Part shown: positions 23,801 through 37,200 of the stretch, one piece after another
Layout of the letters: each line of letters opens with the position of its first letter
Numbering within the stretch: position 1 is the first letter of the stretch
Origin: Penicillus capitatus
Lineage: Eukaryota; Plantae; Chlorophyta
Direction: 5' to 3'
Assembly (NCBI GenBank): GCA_965649825.1
Contig: OZ287694.1
Location: 1 to 64,000 of the forward strand
DNA length: 64,000 bases
The notes under the pieces: generated by a model
Databases searched by the model: none
The model's input: only the letters and a program-made list of their open reading frames with translations
Told to the model about the DNA's origin: nothing
Made by a program: the position numbers and the translations under genes

Positions 23801-26492
23801 TGAAAAGTGAGATGTGGAAATTGATATTGTTGCCCCTCTAAAATGAGTAAAAGAAATCCACTTTCCTTGAAGAAACTCGATGTATTTGTGGGTCTTGTAA
23901 AACCTTCAACGATTCCTTGTTCGATGAGTATTTGTCCACTTCTAAGAGCCTCGAAAGCGATCTTCTCTAGAACGCTGAAAATGGTATTCTTATCTGCCAT
24001 CCTTGCTTCGGACTTTTCTTCGAAACTCTTCCACACAAAATCGGTCATCTTGCCGTAGATCTGAAACATGCTCGCTCTTTTTCCTTGATCTTCAATGGCG
24101 GTACCATGTTCTTTCCACCAAGAGCAGAGAATGTGCGCGGTCATCGGAGTGTGTGCGGTTTCCCATATACCCTGAACTTCTTCCAAAGAATGGACGAGTC
24201 TTGAAGCGTCATTTTGGTGCAACTCTTTGTATACGAAGTTTCTCAGTTGTTGGTCATTGAGTCCAAGGCACTCAAACTGGCAGTCGACATTCGTTCGTAT
24301 CCCTTGAAGATTGTATGGTCGAGTGAGAACGAGAATCTTGCATGCCCTTTCTTCTGCCTCCGTAAGCAAAGCTTTAGCATTATAACCGGCTTCGTCCAGT
24401 CCATCGAGTACTAACAACGTGTTAGACATATCGAGGTTGTATTTGATTTGAGCTTCCAACAACTCCTCAAATGCATCATCGCTTCTTTCTTTCTCGAAAC
24501 ACATGCGTGCGACTAATTCTTCGAGCTTTCCCCCCCGGACCGCCTCGGCTTCTGCAATGCCTAGACGTCTTATCGGAACCACGTAGATGGCTTTGAACTC
24601 TTGCATGATCTCTCCTAGTGCCCATTTGTATGCAATGGCTTTGCTGATGCAAGTTTTTCCCGAGCCTGGATTTCCGCAAAGCAACACTTTTCGAATTTCA
24701 CTCTTGTCGGTACCCGCTTGTAACGATCTCGGTCTAAACAAGTCGTTTATCGAAATAGGTATTTGGACTTTATTCTTTTTTTCGCAGCATTCCTTAAGAT
24801 CATCTCTTTTCTGAATCGTGAAGCTTTCTGCTTCCGTTTCATCATCTTCTCTTCTTTCAATTCTTGTTTTCTCGACGATTTCTTTATACATGACAACATG
24901 GTGCTCCATATCTTTCACATGCCTATGGACTTCTGGTGTAAACAAGGAAGGCACCTTCAACACAGACACGATTTATGTATGATCGATGCAATATCACAGT
25001 CACTGACTGTAGCGAAGGTATCGTTTAGGTATTTTTCCTTGAGATCTCCGATGTTGGTCCGAATCGCGTTAAAGGGGTCGTGGTATTTTGCACTCTGAGC
25101 GATCTTGGTAAAGACAGCATTGCACGCTGCGTATGCTTGTTGTTGATGTCGTATTTGAAGCTTGTTTTCCATGGTGTCACCACCTAGCCACGCACTTAAC
25201 GTCCTCCTGGCGTCACCCTCACAAGACTGTTGCATTTGCAAGAATGCCTGGGTTGTTTCTTGATTGTCATTGTTCATTTTGTGGATTTCGTATAAAGCCT
25301 CAAGGAACGCTGTAAAGATATCCGCGTCATTAAACCACTCTTCGAAGATTGCACGGCTGGTCGTCAATCTCAGAAACTCCATTGTGACCTTTTCACGCAC
25401 GAATTTGGAAGATGTCTGGCTCGTCAACTGCCTCATTTCTTGGAGGATGCCAAATCTTATTGCCTTTAAGTCTTCTCCTTCCATCATCTGTTGCAATTTC
25501 ATTGCAGCATCGCATTCGGAAAGAAAGAGAAAAAGCTTCGCTTCGTCCTTCGACGCTTCTAATCTCGCCGTCATCAGAGTTCGAAACATGTCAAACCATG
25601 GCGTCTTGAACATGCCAACTGAGACAGTTTCTTGCCGAAGTCTTCCAAAATACTCCATGATGGCTGCTTGACCGACATCAAACCTCGTCAGATTTCTGAG
25701 ACAGGGAAAGACACGCAGGAATCCACACCACATCGCTTGCGAGACAATAGTACACGGGTCTCGGACTTGAAAGCGCTCCACAGCTTGCCGTAGAGCTTTA
25801 AAGTGGAAGTTCACAGGGTAGTATTCGCTCACAGGGTCCATCTCTTTCTCCTTCTTAACAATGCATCGACGAAGTTTCCTCTTCTCATCTCTGGGGATGG
25901 GAATGCCGGTCTGACTTATTTTATGAAGCAGATAAAGGGCTTGATGAAGTGCAAGAAACGTCGTTTCGTGCTCGGCATAGTTTTCATTAGAAAGCTTCAC
26001 TTCTGGAGAGAGGGTACTCAAAAGTCTTTTCGCTACGACCACCAGTTTTCCGTTGCTGTCATACACGGAATCATCAACGTGCACAAGCGCTCTGTAGAGA
26101 GCAGTGCCGAAGTTCGGCCTCAAAATTTCCTGGTCTCTGACAGCGGCACAGAGTTTGTAAACTACATTCTGCAGAAGGGACTTCTCGAATACAGAACAGG
26201 GTGCAATGTTGGCCAATTCTGAGAACTCGAGGACAGCTTGCTGGTTGAGACAATCGCCACTTCGTCTGACATACTCCCATAACCATTCTTGCAGAACCCT
26301 TTGTTCGGTCCAATCCGTCGTCGCATTGTACGCCGCGACCAGTGTCTTGGTGCTGTAGATATTCCTCTTTATAGCGATAGCGCGCAGACGCTTATCGGAA
26401 AGAATATCTGGCGAAATTCCATAGATATGCCTGTCGAATAATGTGGCTATCCCAGTGTCGCTGGGTCCTTCGTCCGGAGCTCGGGCTTGCAT
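20806..26492 (-). CDS. NLR-like STAND NTPase: ~495-aa N-terminal helical domain, NACHT, 18 HEAT-like repeats (~1,877 aa; one intron 24955-25007)
   Basis: Walker A LLCGNPGSGKT (~24652-24678), Walker B LLVLDGLDE (~24391-24408), LTRPY, and winged-helix motif FPHLTFQEYFAG. A 53-nt GTCAGT...TTGAAG intron joins ORF 24957-26549 in phase 0 to ORF 20806-24969 (…TFAT|VPSLF…). First ATG is at 26492. Confidence 0.9.
21128..23145 (-). repeat. Intragenic array of 18 HEAT-like repeats (core 37 aa / 111 bp)
   Basis: The PQ[HYQ] motif recurs 18 times. Near-identical 111-bp copies start at 21220, 21331 and 21442. Longer blocks are duplicated at a 558-bp offset (22543/23101 and 22195/22753). Confidence 0.95.
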
Positions 26493-28732
26493 GCCTGGTT
26501 GTAAAAGGCGCAACGCGCAACAAACAGGGTCGCTTGCAGTCGAACGCAACGAACAAGACTACTGCACGCACAAACTTCTCAGAGAAGTTCTCAGTGGAGA
26601 AGATGCGTCAGATGTTCGCATCGTTCATCGATTTTGGCTGATCATCGTCGATTCAACGCATTCTTTAGTACTCAGATATTCAACTTTCTGTTGAGCAACT
26701 ATCTAGATAACGCGAGAGTAAAACTCAGCGCATTTGGACGCCTTCTTTCCTACTCATATGGTAGGTGGCTTTCAGAACAGATGATGTGTCATGTTGCTCC
26801 CGATTTCCATCTGAGAAATGCATGACGCAACCAGACCTTCCATTGCCCGTTTTCCTAGGTCGTCTTTCTGTCAAGAAAGATCTCTTCGAGACTGGAGCTC
26901 AGCTTGCCATGGATATATACTCTTCCTCTTCACTTCCCGTGATGCGTGCTGTCGGCAATCAGTTCACAGAATCGATCATCACTGGTTTTCCCATCTGCAA
27001 ATACACAACGTGCATCCGCACATACATATACTTCTCTGGTTATAGCACTTTACCTGTTGCTGGGTTGTACAGCACTTCTGTTTCCCATCCCCTATGAATG
27101 ACACATGATAGTTAGACGATTGTTCAATATTGATGAATCTATTCACTGTTACTTGTGTTTGATCATCTGTAATATGTACAGCGTTTCTTGTTGGTCTGGT
27201 TGTTTGGTTCTTCTCGTTTGTTGCCAACTGGCTGCTCCATTGATTTCTTGGCCCAAAACTCTAGTCACATTATTAGTTCTGGCTATCCTTGCGCAGAAAT
27301 CCACAACCCCGACAGAACTGATGAGTTCCAACTCTGGAATCGATGGCTTCCGAAAGAGAAACCATAATTGACGATTTGGTACACAGGCGAGATAATGACG
27401 ATGTCGTATACGTTTGATCTTGAGAAGAGATTGGTCGGATGAGACCTCCACGTTTGTCTTCTCTTCCTCTGCAGCAGAAGTTCTTCACTGAACCTGAACA
27501 GCTGAAAGGACTTTGAGTGACCTGCATATGTTGTGCAAACGGCATCACATCCTCGCGGCTAAAGAGATTCAGTTCGTACTAATACCGGCAGTGTAGACAG
27601 GATCAATGTCCAGATAATTTATTCAGAAAACCCTTGAAAACAGATGCTTCATCCACATGAGTCGCAGACGTCATTTCCTCCTCAGAACGCAGCCAACTGC
27701 ACCGAGTCACATATCTAAGAGATCGATTGCGAGTTATCTGTTTAAGGCATCTTCTCACACCTGTCCTGGACTATATGTCTCTTCTTGTGCTTGAGAGCTT
27801 TTATGCTGTGTATGCTGTAAATAAAGAAGCCAACGTTACACCAGCACCGTCTCCTGGACGATTTCTCTTCGATCTCATTGGAAAAGAGGTCTGCTCTGAC
27901 GTAGAAGGAAGACGTGTACCTAAGGTACAAATCGGTTCTCTTGTTCTGAATGGCCAGGCGCTTTCCGAGAGGATAATTTCTCCCCCTCTCTGTTATTAGA
28001 TTTCTGTCTTGAACCTATGCTACCGTTCGAAGACAGCGCAAACATACCTCTCGCTCGACAGTGATACACGACAAGCATGAAAAGACAGTACGAAGGTCGG
28101 AAAGCATGACGACTTTCGGCTGCCTGCTCTATTTTTTCGCACCAGATCCAGCCTCCGGCAGGGCTGTTGGAAGGGAGAAAGTACAAAGAGACGCCGACTT
28201 GCCGAAAATCGATACCGATTGCCGATGTTAGAAGTCTGAGCACCCAGTCCGTGCAGATCACGTTCATCTCGAGGCGACTCTTCGCTGCAGAAGATATATG
28301 TCCTTGCGTCACTTCGCTGAATGTGTCATAGACGCAGCAGTCCATCGCGTTTCTGTTGGAAAACGTTAAAGAAAGCAGGTTGTCGACTCGCAAGAAGACG
28401 TCGCTGTCGTTCGGATTGCTTTGACATCTGACTTCGCAAAGCGCTAGAAAAAATTGTTTCTCCTTCCTTCAGACACGCCTTTTGTGCCTCATAGCATTTT
28501 TTTCTGAAAGACTGGCCGATTCGTATCTAAGAAGGCCCTGAGATCTCACATAGGATACTCAATAAACAACGCACTACCTGTCGATTAAGGAAAAGAACAT
28601 CCAGCACGAAGCTTAGAGATGCAGAGAAAGCATTTGCGATATTGACAAAGGTGAGCAAAACCATGTACTGATGCAAACGTATGACCGCTTTCTCAGCCAC
28701 TCATTTCGAGTCGATGACCTGCAAATTGTCAA

Positions 28733-28806
28733 GCTCTTGTAGCTCAGCTGGTTAGAGCGCACGGCTGTTAACCGTGAGGTCGCTGGTTCGATCCCAGCCG
28801 GGAGCG
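28733..28806 (+). tRNA. tRNA-Asn(GTT)
   Basis: Acceptor gctcttg/cgggagc, anticodon arm cacgg-ctGTTaa-ccgtg, T-loop ggttcgatcc, T5 run downstream. Confidence 0.97.
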
Positions 28807-28930
28807 AATGCTGTTCTGTTTTTAAAGCGCATTCTATTCGTCTTGCATCGCAGTCTGTTCTTAACCGCTAAGAAATCAGTCCATAAGGCACAAAAGTCGT
28901 TCTAAAAAGCTCGCATGCACATCCGATTGT

Positions 28931-29920
28931 CTATTTAGACGATGGTGGTGGCGGTGGTTTTTGAGACAATGATAACAGCACCACACCAATGCCAATCAAA
29001 CACACCCAACCCGCAACATCCCACCAGAAATCTGAACTGCTCGCTGTCTTGGGTTTGCCCGAAACAGAACCTGTGCCGAACGTGGCGGACGGTCCTTCAT
29101 CAGCCAAAGACTACACACAAGCGTCTCAGAAGCAGCAGTGAGATCACAGATACCGACCAATCCGTGATCTGGACTTTCTGGTGCCGTTATCATTTGACGT
29201 TGGATCTCGTCATAGATTTCTGGTGCCTGTACACAGACAGATAGGGACAGAGCATAGAATCCCGCCTGTGCATTCTATCTCACTTTCTGTGTCACTTCCA
29301 CTGCGCGGATGTAGATATCATTTGTCGGATCCTGAAGACACGAGGTTCAGATGACGCACAAACACAGACGAAAGAGAAATACTCACCAACTCTTTTGCAC
29401 TGACGAATGAATCCAATGCTTTGTCGAAGAATTCCTGTGCAAGATGTCTGTCATTGCTGACCATGAAAGCCTGGTAAAGCGAACACATGTCAACTCTCAG
29501 TCTCTACATGAACAATCATCCAGGCGTCTTGCTTTTGATGTGTAGGCATTCCCCAGACACCAGAACGCATCGTGGCGAGCCGGGTCGATCTCCAGAGCCG
29601 CCCTCAGCTTCGTGATGCCCTAAACAGTCATGCGTCCATGCATCGAGGGATGTCCTCCATCTCTGGTGGCATTGCAGACTTCATCTATTAAGGCCGCCGA
29701 CTCGTCGCCGCGATGCAAGTGTGCCATTTCGATCAGTGCCCCACCCCATCGCGTCAACGCCTACATCCAACGAGACCGAGGCCATCCATGCAGCTTGCAG
29801 ACAACAGCACATGCAAAAGCACACAACCTGCGTGTCTTGGTTGTTCATTTCATATTGCTCACGCGCCTCAGCAATCGCCGTCTGAAAGAACAACATTCTA
29901 CTACAAATCAACAAACACCC
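28931..29920 (-). CDS. TOM20: Plant-type mitochondrial import receptor TOM20 (multi-exon; 5' end approximate)
   Basis: Spliced exons give RMLFFQTAIAEAREQYE / ALTRWGGALIEMAH / DAFWCLGNAYTSK|AFMV / SDFWWDVAGWVCLIGIG (C-terminal TM). Includes a GC-AG intron at 29471-29532. Confidence 0.88.
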
Positions 29921-30327
29921 AGAGGAAATGAGTCAAGTTAACGAGGGCGGCGACGCGCACATAATCCTCGGACGCGAGAACAAAGAGCAGAGGACGACAG
30001 AGAGCGTACCAGATCGAACAAGTGCTATCGAGTCGCCTGCCGATTTCGCGCTCACCTTTCGTCATCGATGCCGTCCATCATTTTGACAACGCGGCAGGTG
30101 GCACGACTTCCACGAGAAAGGGCCAACGCAAGAATAGACGCTCGAAATGCATTTCATCTGTGGAGCTGACAATATCCGGTCGCATCTTCGAATGTATTTT
30201 TCACCCGCCGTCAGAATCTGATTCCTGTAAAAGCTGCACGTCGGTGTTCTTAGCTCTGCATCAGAGACCATCTGACTCTTGGTTCATTTGTCGAGTGTTT
30301 TGCCGTGCTCGTCCACAAGTTCGGCGG

Positions 30328-33300
30328 ATGAATCGTTCTCGCGAAGAGGGCGCAGCAGCGTCGCGCAGTGCGATGGACTACGCTGGCGACGGACGACCTG
30401 CACTAACAACGAACGACGCTCTACTTTACTTGCGCGAAGTCAAACAGAGATTCCAGCATCGCAAGGAAGTGTACGACACATTTCTAGACATTATGAAGGA
30501 TTTCAAGGCCCATACGATCGACATATCCACAGTGATTAACAAAGTGAAGACGCTGCTCAGAGGCCATGAGGATCTCATTCTTGGCTTCAACACCTTTCTT
30601 CCGAAGGGATCCGAAATCACATTAGAGGATCTGCATCGAGAAGAGGTGCCTCCACCTGCACCCCAGATTCGTCCAGCAGTGGAACTGGACCAGGCAATTG
30701 CCTATATCAATCGCATCAAGACCCGATTCTCGGACAACACACATGTGTACAAGAATTTTCTGGAGATTCTCTGCTGCTTTCGACAGGGACGCATGGACAT
30801 TGCAGATGTATATCGCGATGTTGCTGATCTGTTTCAGCATCATGAAGATCTCCTCGAGGAGTTTGCATATTTCCTTCCGGATCGTTCGGACGATGGAGGA
30901 GGCGCTTACGGTGGAGAAATCTTTCCCCTGGGTCGCCCGATGGCACCGTTCTCGGCCAACTCGAACGATCCCTACTCTGACCTGAATCGTCGCCGAATGG
31001 AATCCAGTCGTCGTCTGCGCGACTTCGATTGGGATCTCGGCGTGTTTGACGAAATCAAATCGCGTCTGAACAACCGCGATGCCTACAACGATCTGTTGAA
31101 GTGTGTCAATCTCTTTGCCCAAGATGTCATTACCAAGACAGAGCTGGTGGGTCTCGGCACAGACGTTCTGGGCAGATTCCCTGATGTCATGGCACGTTTT
31201 CGTGAATTCGTGGCATCCATCCCTGGCGAGGACGAAGTCCTGAATGATGCACGTGGCGGCAGAGATGTCAGTCGTGGCGCTTTCGGTCACTACCAGCGCA
31301 ACCGAGCCATGATCCAACAGCGAAACAAGTACGTAACGCGTCCCATCTCTGAGCTGGACACATCAGATCTGGAGCGTCCAACCACATCCTACATTCTTCT
31401 ACCCTCTGACTACCCCTCCATGGCCTGTTCCGGAAAAACAGCCCTTGGACGGGAAGTCCTTCAAGACTGTGTTGCATCTGTCACCACGGGTACAGAAGAC
31501 GGATCTTTCAAGCACATGCGAAAGAACCAGTACGAAGAGGCATTGTTCCGTGCGGAGGACGAGCGCTACGATGTCGAACTCATCATCGATCGAACCCGTT
31601 CAGCTATCAAAGCCTTAATCCCTGTTCAAGAGCACATCGATTTGCTCTCGCCCGATGCAAAGGCGTCATACACATTGCCTCCCAACACTCTGCGTGCTTT
31701 CCATGTGCGCACCATTGAGAAGATCTATGGAGAGAAGGGAAACAGCGTCTGCCAACTCCTGAAGGATCATCCTGTCGTTTCCGTTCCTGTTGTGCTCTGT
31801 CGTCTGCAGCAGAAATTGGAAGAATGGATGGGAGTTCTCAAGACGATGAATGGTCATTGGCAGAGTGTGGCAGATGTCAACTATCACAAATCCCTTGATC
31901 ATAGAAGCTTTTACTTCAAACAACAGGACAAGAAAAGTCTGGCGGCCAAGACATTGTTGCAAGAACTCAAAGACGAGTCAGAGACAGCCAGAACCAATCA
32001 GAGGTGTCTGTCTGCTTTATCTGCTCTATCATGTCTGATCGTCTATGCTCCCAGATTATTATCATTTTCTTCTGGAATTCCAGTTCAAAGTCTATTTGTT
32101 CCACATCTGCAGTTCTCGTTCGATGATGTTGGCGTCCATGAGGATCTCTTCAACATCGTGCGTTTTGCTTCGAGCAAGATGTTGACACCGGATGTGTGGA
32201 AGCAAGTATGAGATCAGAGTGCTCGTTGATTCTGTCATGAGCATGGGTGGATGTCCATTGTCGCAGGGAATGGAGATTTGGACACAGTTTCTTGAGCCCT
32301 TCTTCCATTTACCCTCACACTCCCTTGATGTCGATCTGATGGACATGAACATTGCCGAGACGGAAGGTGCAGAACAGAAAGAAACAACGTCAGTCTGCGT
32401 TCTAATCACCCACCTTCTTGGATACCTTCTCAATCTTGCATTTTCAGTGATGAGCCTGAGGAAGACGAAGTGGCGAGGGAGACAGAAGAGAGGATTCCAC
32501 AGGCCTCCGAGACCGATCTCATGGACGACACTGCTCAAGAAGCAGTTGTCTCAGAACCAGCAACTTCAGATGGTGGATACCTTTGATGCATTTCAGCAAC
32601 CAACGTATCCATTGTGCAGTGGAAATGATGAAGACCCCCTTCACAGAGATCGAAGAAACGAAAACGGAGATCACAGATGAGGAAGGCGACACTCCGGATG
32701 GAGACATGGATAAGGCGAAGGAAGAAATACAACCACCCGACTCTCCTAATCAAGAAGAACAGGATCCCTCAGCCGTTCATGCGTTAAGCAAACCGATCTC
32801 GACCGTTTTGCATGGTCAAAGAAGAAGTGAGATCGATCTCTCTTGGATCATCGAGTCCATCTGCGACATTAGTGTCTTGTACAGATGTTTTGAAACAGGA
32901 GACGGGATTGGATGTTTTCTTCTGCAATGAAGCATTCTATCTATTTTTGAGATACCATGAGATCCTGTTCAACCGAATCAAACTCGCAAGGAAATGCTGC
33001 AGAGAGTACAATCCTGGGACGTCAGAAGAGACGGGCGAAGGTACCGTGCATTGTATGATGCAATGTGATACCATGTCATCGTGTTGAATGGACTGCAGGT
33101 ACATTGACAGTCGATCAAGAGAGCAGCGAAAAACGCCACTCTCAATTCATGTCATTGGTCTATACTTTGATCGATGGATCCATTGACATTGCCCAGTTTG
33201 AAGACCAGTGCCGCTCCTTGCTGAGCACAAATTCTTATGTCCTTTTCACCCTTGACAAGCTTATTCGTTGTCTTGTCAAGCAGCTACAAACACTCGTAAT

Positions 33301-34010
33301 GGATGATCCCTCAAAGCATGTCTGGGAGCTCTACAAGTGAGAAGAGACTGCGTGGCCATTATTCATTTCCAATGGGTGGATGCAGATATGAGGCGTCAAG
33401 ATCGACTCCATGCGACGAAGGCGTCTACTATGCCAATACCAAGACAGTCGTTAGAGAAGACTATGTCGTCCGCGTGTACAGTCATCCTTCTGGACTGCTG
33501 ACAATGACACATCTCGATAACTCATTTGTCTACGACCTGCCCAATGGAAACTCCAAGTGTAACCATGGAGAGTACTTCAGCTGCTTTATGGACATCAGCG
33601 AGCACAAGATTCCAGAGAGCACTGCTATTTACTTAAATAGAAACAAGAGAACCGTCCAGATGCAAACTTATGATCCAACGGGGCAAAGTGCGTCTCTCTG
33701 GATCTTCCATTTCGCAAAGGACGTCTTCTTTTGTGTGGCAGATGAGAACAAAAGGACAGAGGATGCATTGGAAGCAGGGTTGTTTGATAATGGGCTGGAA
33801 ATGAAAGTGTCGGGCGAAGATTATAAGATTAAGTTCGTGGAAGGAACCTCCGACGTTTGGTCGTCTCCTGCCACCGTTGTCGTTTCTGATGATAAGCAGA
33901 AGCGTCGACATGCTGTTCAGAGATGGGTCACTGGACAGCTTCCAGTCACTGCATGGAGACCCGAATCTGTGGAGCAGTACATGAATGCCATGCAGAGACA
34001 TCTTGGATAG
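30328..34010 (+). CDS. SIN3: SIN3-like transcriptional corepressor (PAH domains, HID, C-terminal domain; multi-exon)
   Basis: PAH motifs DALLYLREVKQRF...YDTFLDIMKDFK and DQAIAYINRIKTRF; HID motifs SFKHMRKNQYEEALFRAEDERY and KSLDHRSFYFKQQDKK; C-terminal FEDQCRSLL...YVLFTLDKLI. TGTAA at 34117. Confidence 0.95.
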
Positions 34011-34287
34011 ACGGACTTCTCGCCACTTCCTTCATGATTTCTGGGAAAAGTGATAACAAACTCTTCCGTGAGTGATATGGGCAAGTATCAGACTGTCTGC
34101 TTGGATATCTGGGTGTTGTAATGACCGCCGCCGCCACCGTCACCATCGATACAACGACTATCACGATAGCTGAATGTGGCACAGACTTTAAGTTTTGATG
34201 AATCGCCGGAGTTTCAGACAGTCTGTCTGGTATGCAGATGTGTCAGCTGTGTTTTAAGCAATACAGGGTTCTCAATAGAATTACAAA

Positions 34288-37200
34288 TTAATTGTCAGCG
34301 GCGACTTTGCCATTCGGGAGCCTTTTGTAGTTAACGTTGTGAGCAATCTGTTCATGTTTTCCTGAATCTGTGGATTTGGATCGTCTAAGTGAATGCACAC
34401 CTCTATTCAAGCAGAAGCATGGGATGACGATGTGTTCTATGTCATCAGGATTCTTACGACTGCGTATGCGCTCGAGCACAGGAGGAGGGAGACAGGACGG
34501 GGCAGAACGGATGACCACAGCGTGCAACGTCTGACAGGCGGCACAACGAATCTCATCGTTTGTGTCTTCGAAGCGTGTGAGCACATCCAAGCACAGCTGC
34601 TCCACTGTGTCCCCAGTGACCATGGCTTCTATATTGTCGCTGAGATGTGTGAGAATCAGAAGTGTGACCCATCGCGTTTCGGGGAAGTAGTCTTCGTCGA
34701 GGGATTGCTGCAGTGATGGGAAGAGTGCACTCTTCTGTGCAATGGCCTTCCAATGGCTCCCATCAAGCCATCTCATACGCGCCATCGTCTCCAGTACAGT
34801 CAATGCCATAAACCTATCACGCTTCTCTGCTGCAATCCACAGAGAAGACAATTTGTGTGTGACACACCGAATGCAGGCAGCCGACTTTCCCGCTCGCCAT
34901 GCCATAACTGGCAGAAGCCACTTCTGAATGATCAGGGAGAGAAGGGGACCTTTGAGCTGCTGGAACATGCCACGCACCGACAGCGATTTCAACAATGTTA
35001 AGAAGCACAGCCTAGAAACAGATCTTGAGCACCAACGTGGTGCATATACATGTGCGATCAACCTCAACTTCGGTTCCTGTTGATCATCTACCATGCAATG
35101 GATGAACACACTGTCTGCTTGGTGGAACTTCTGCTCGAACGTCTGCCCATCGCACAACTGGAGAAGTGTGCAGAATTGCGTCACTTCTATAGACGTCGCC
35201 GACCACTCGGACACATTCTGGATGCAGAAGACAGGTGTGATCATGCAGCGACATACGTCAAGAACCTTTGTCATTTCGGAGAGAGAAGGTTCAGCGAACA
35301 TGCATGTCAGTTCAGAAACACTTGAGAGGCCCAAGACATTAGCCAATGCCTGAAATCCCCGGCAATCGACGGGCATTATGGATGGAGCAGATGCGATGGC
35401 ATCTCTTGTTACTGGAACAGACAACAGAAGAGTGTACAGATCCAGTGCCACAGTGTCGCAACAAGGACCTAAACCGAAATCGAATGGTGAGATTCACTAG
35501 ACAGACATCGACGATGGCAACCAACCAATGCATTCAATCAAACGGTGGATGGTTTTCCTCAGCCAGACAACAACAGTGGCTCCTCGAAGATGCATCACGC
35601 CGCTAGCCTTGATGCACTTGACGAAGCTCTCTGTGCTCTGTCGGATCTTATCTGATGTTCCGAGAGGACAGTATGCAGATCGATATCTCTAGAGAAGACG
35701 GATAGATGACATACCTTGGTCGGCATCTTGCATGGACGTTTGGTGGATGGCTTCTCGCTTTCCATGAGCATTTAGCTTGCCTTTCGCAAGAATAGCCCCA
35801 TGGAGTAGGTTTGCACACAGGAGCAGTGCCACTGCCGTTTCTGTCGTATTCATGATGCCCCTTTCACTTGCAAGGAGCCTCTCAAGACAATCCAGCATGT
35901 CCAAAGTTGCCATCATAGATCCAAGAACGTGGACGCATTTCAAAGACTTCTCTGCAGCATCCATCACATGTGAGAGACAGACATCAAACTCTTCTTGCAC
36001 GATTGTGTGTGACCTGCAATGCTCTTCTCACTATCTGCCATAGTGCCGAGCAACACTTCAAGGATGGCATTGTATTCGTGTGTCGTCAGCTTTTCATCCC
36101 CGAGACACAAGAACGCGAAGAGCATGTTCACACTATTCAATCGTTCTTGTGCACTCCACGAAGCCGCCAAAGATGTGACTTTTGGAATGAGTGAGGCCTT
36201 CACTCTGTCCACTAGCCCAATGTACTGTCCATTGATTCCCTTGTTATCCAGACAGCCACAAAGTGAAGATGGAGGACACAGATGGCGATGCCCATACTTC
36301 AGGGGATGGTGCGTGTACAAGGATCGATTGAACATCCTTTACGGATTGTATGGTCAGTAGCTTGATCTCTTCAGATGCGTCGTTGCATCCAATGAACAAA
36401 ATTGAGACGAGTTCGCTTAGAATGGCGAGACGGGATCCGTCATCTCCAAGGACGATGTCTCCAATGGTGTCGCGAAAAGATGATTGCTTGCTTTCTCTCG
36501 CCCAATTTCCGACAACGCTGTACACCGTTCGACGTACAGATGCCACTCGATCATGCGTCAGTTTGAACAAAACGTCCATGATGCGATTTCTGAGCTCGAG
36601 GAGTCCTAAGACAGAGAATCTGAGAGATGAGGCACCGCAGAGGGTGAGAGGAGCGACCTTGATGCGGCGAGTCCTTCAAGGAGAGGCAGAGGATGATGCC
36701 TTCCAGGGCATTTAGCGAAGCAATTCGCACCCTTGAATGCTGATGAGAGGCATTCAGTACTAGATTCTTCCCAATTTCTGCGATGCGTGATGCCTCTTCT
36801 TCTTTCAGAGATTTCTGTTCTGCTGTGTCCATCCAGAGACCCATCAACGCTTGCAGTGAAGCAGATGCCGTTTTCTTGATGTCTGGATGTGGATCCGACA
36901 GAGCGCGATGCAGATGCCACAGAATGTTTTCTGCGAAACCTGCAAACAGACCAAAGTGGTTGGCGTTATAGCCGCCGCAATAGACAGACGAACCTAAGGC
37001 ATCTTTCTTCAAAGCAGTAATGATGCAGAGGACAAGACGCGCCAGAGAGAGTCGAGCCTCTTCTGATGTTTCTGCCACGGGTCGCTCTTTTCCGAATCTC
37101 TTTATGCAGACTTCATCGAGAATGTCCTTGATTGCAGATCCGTATGCAGCAGGATCTTGATCCAACGAAGATGTGGCGTTCTCAAGAAGCGTAAACGTGC

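Noticed and set aside
27040-27110. Copia-like post-integrase motif (GWETEVLYNPATGKV) on the minus strand
   Set aside because: No integrase, RT, LTR or PBS was found nearby, and the short match is insufficient.
30022-30327. N-terminal extension of the SIN3 ORF from a GTG start
   Set aside because: The sequence is not SIN3-like and lies in the shared TOM20/SIN3 promoter region. ATGs at 30328 and 30373 precede PAH1 directly.
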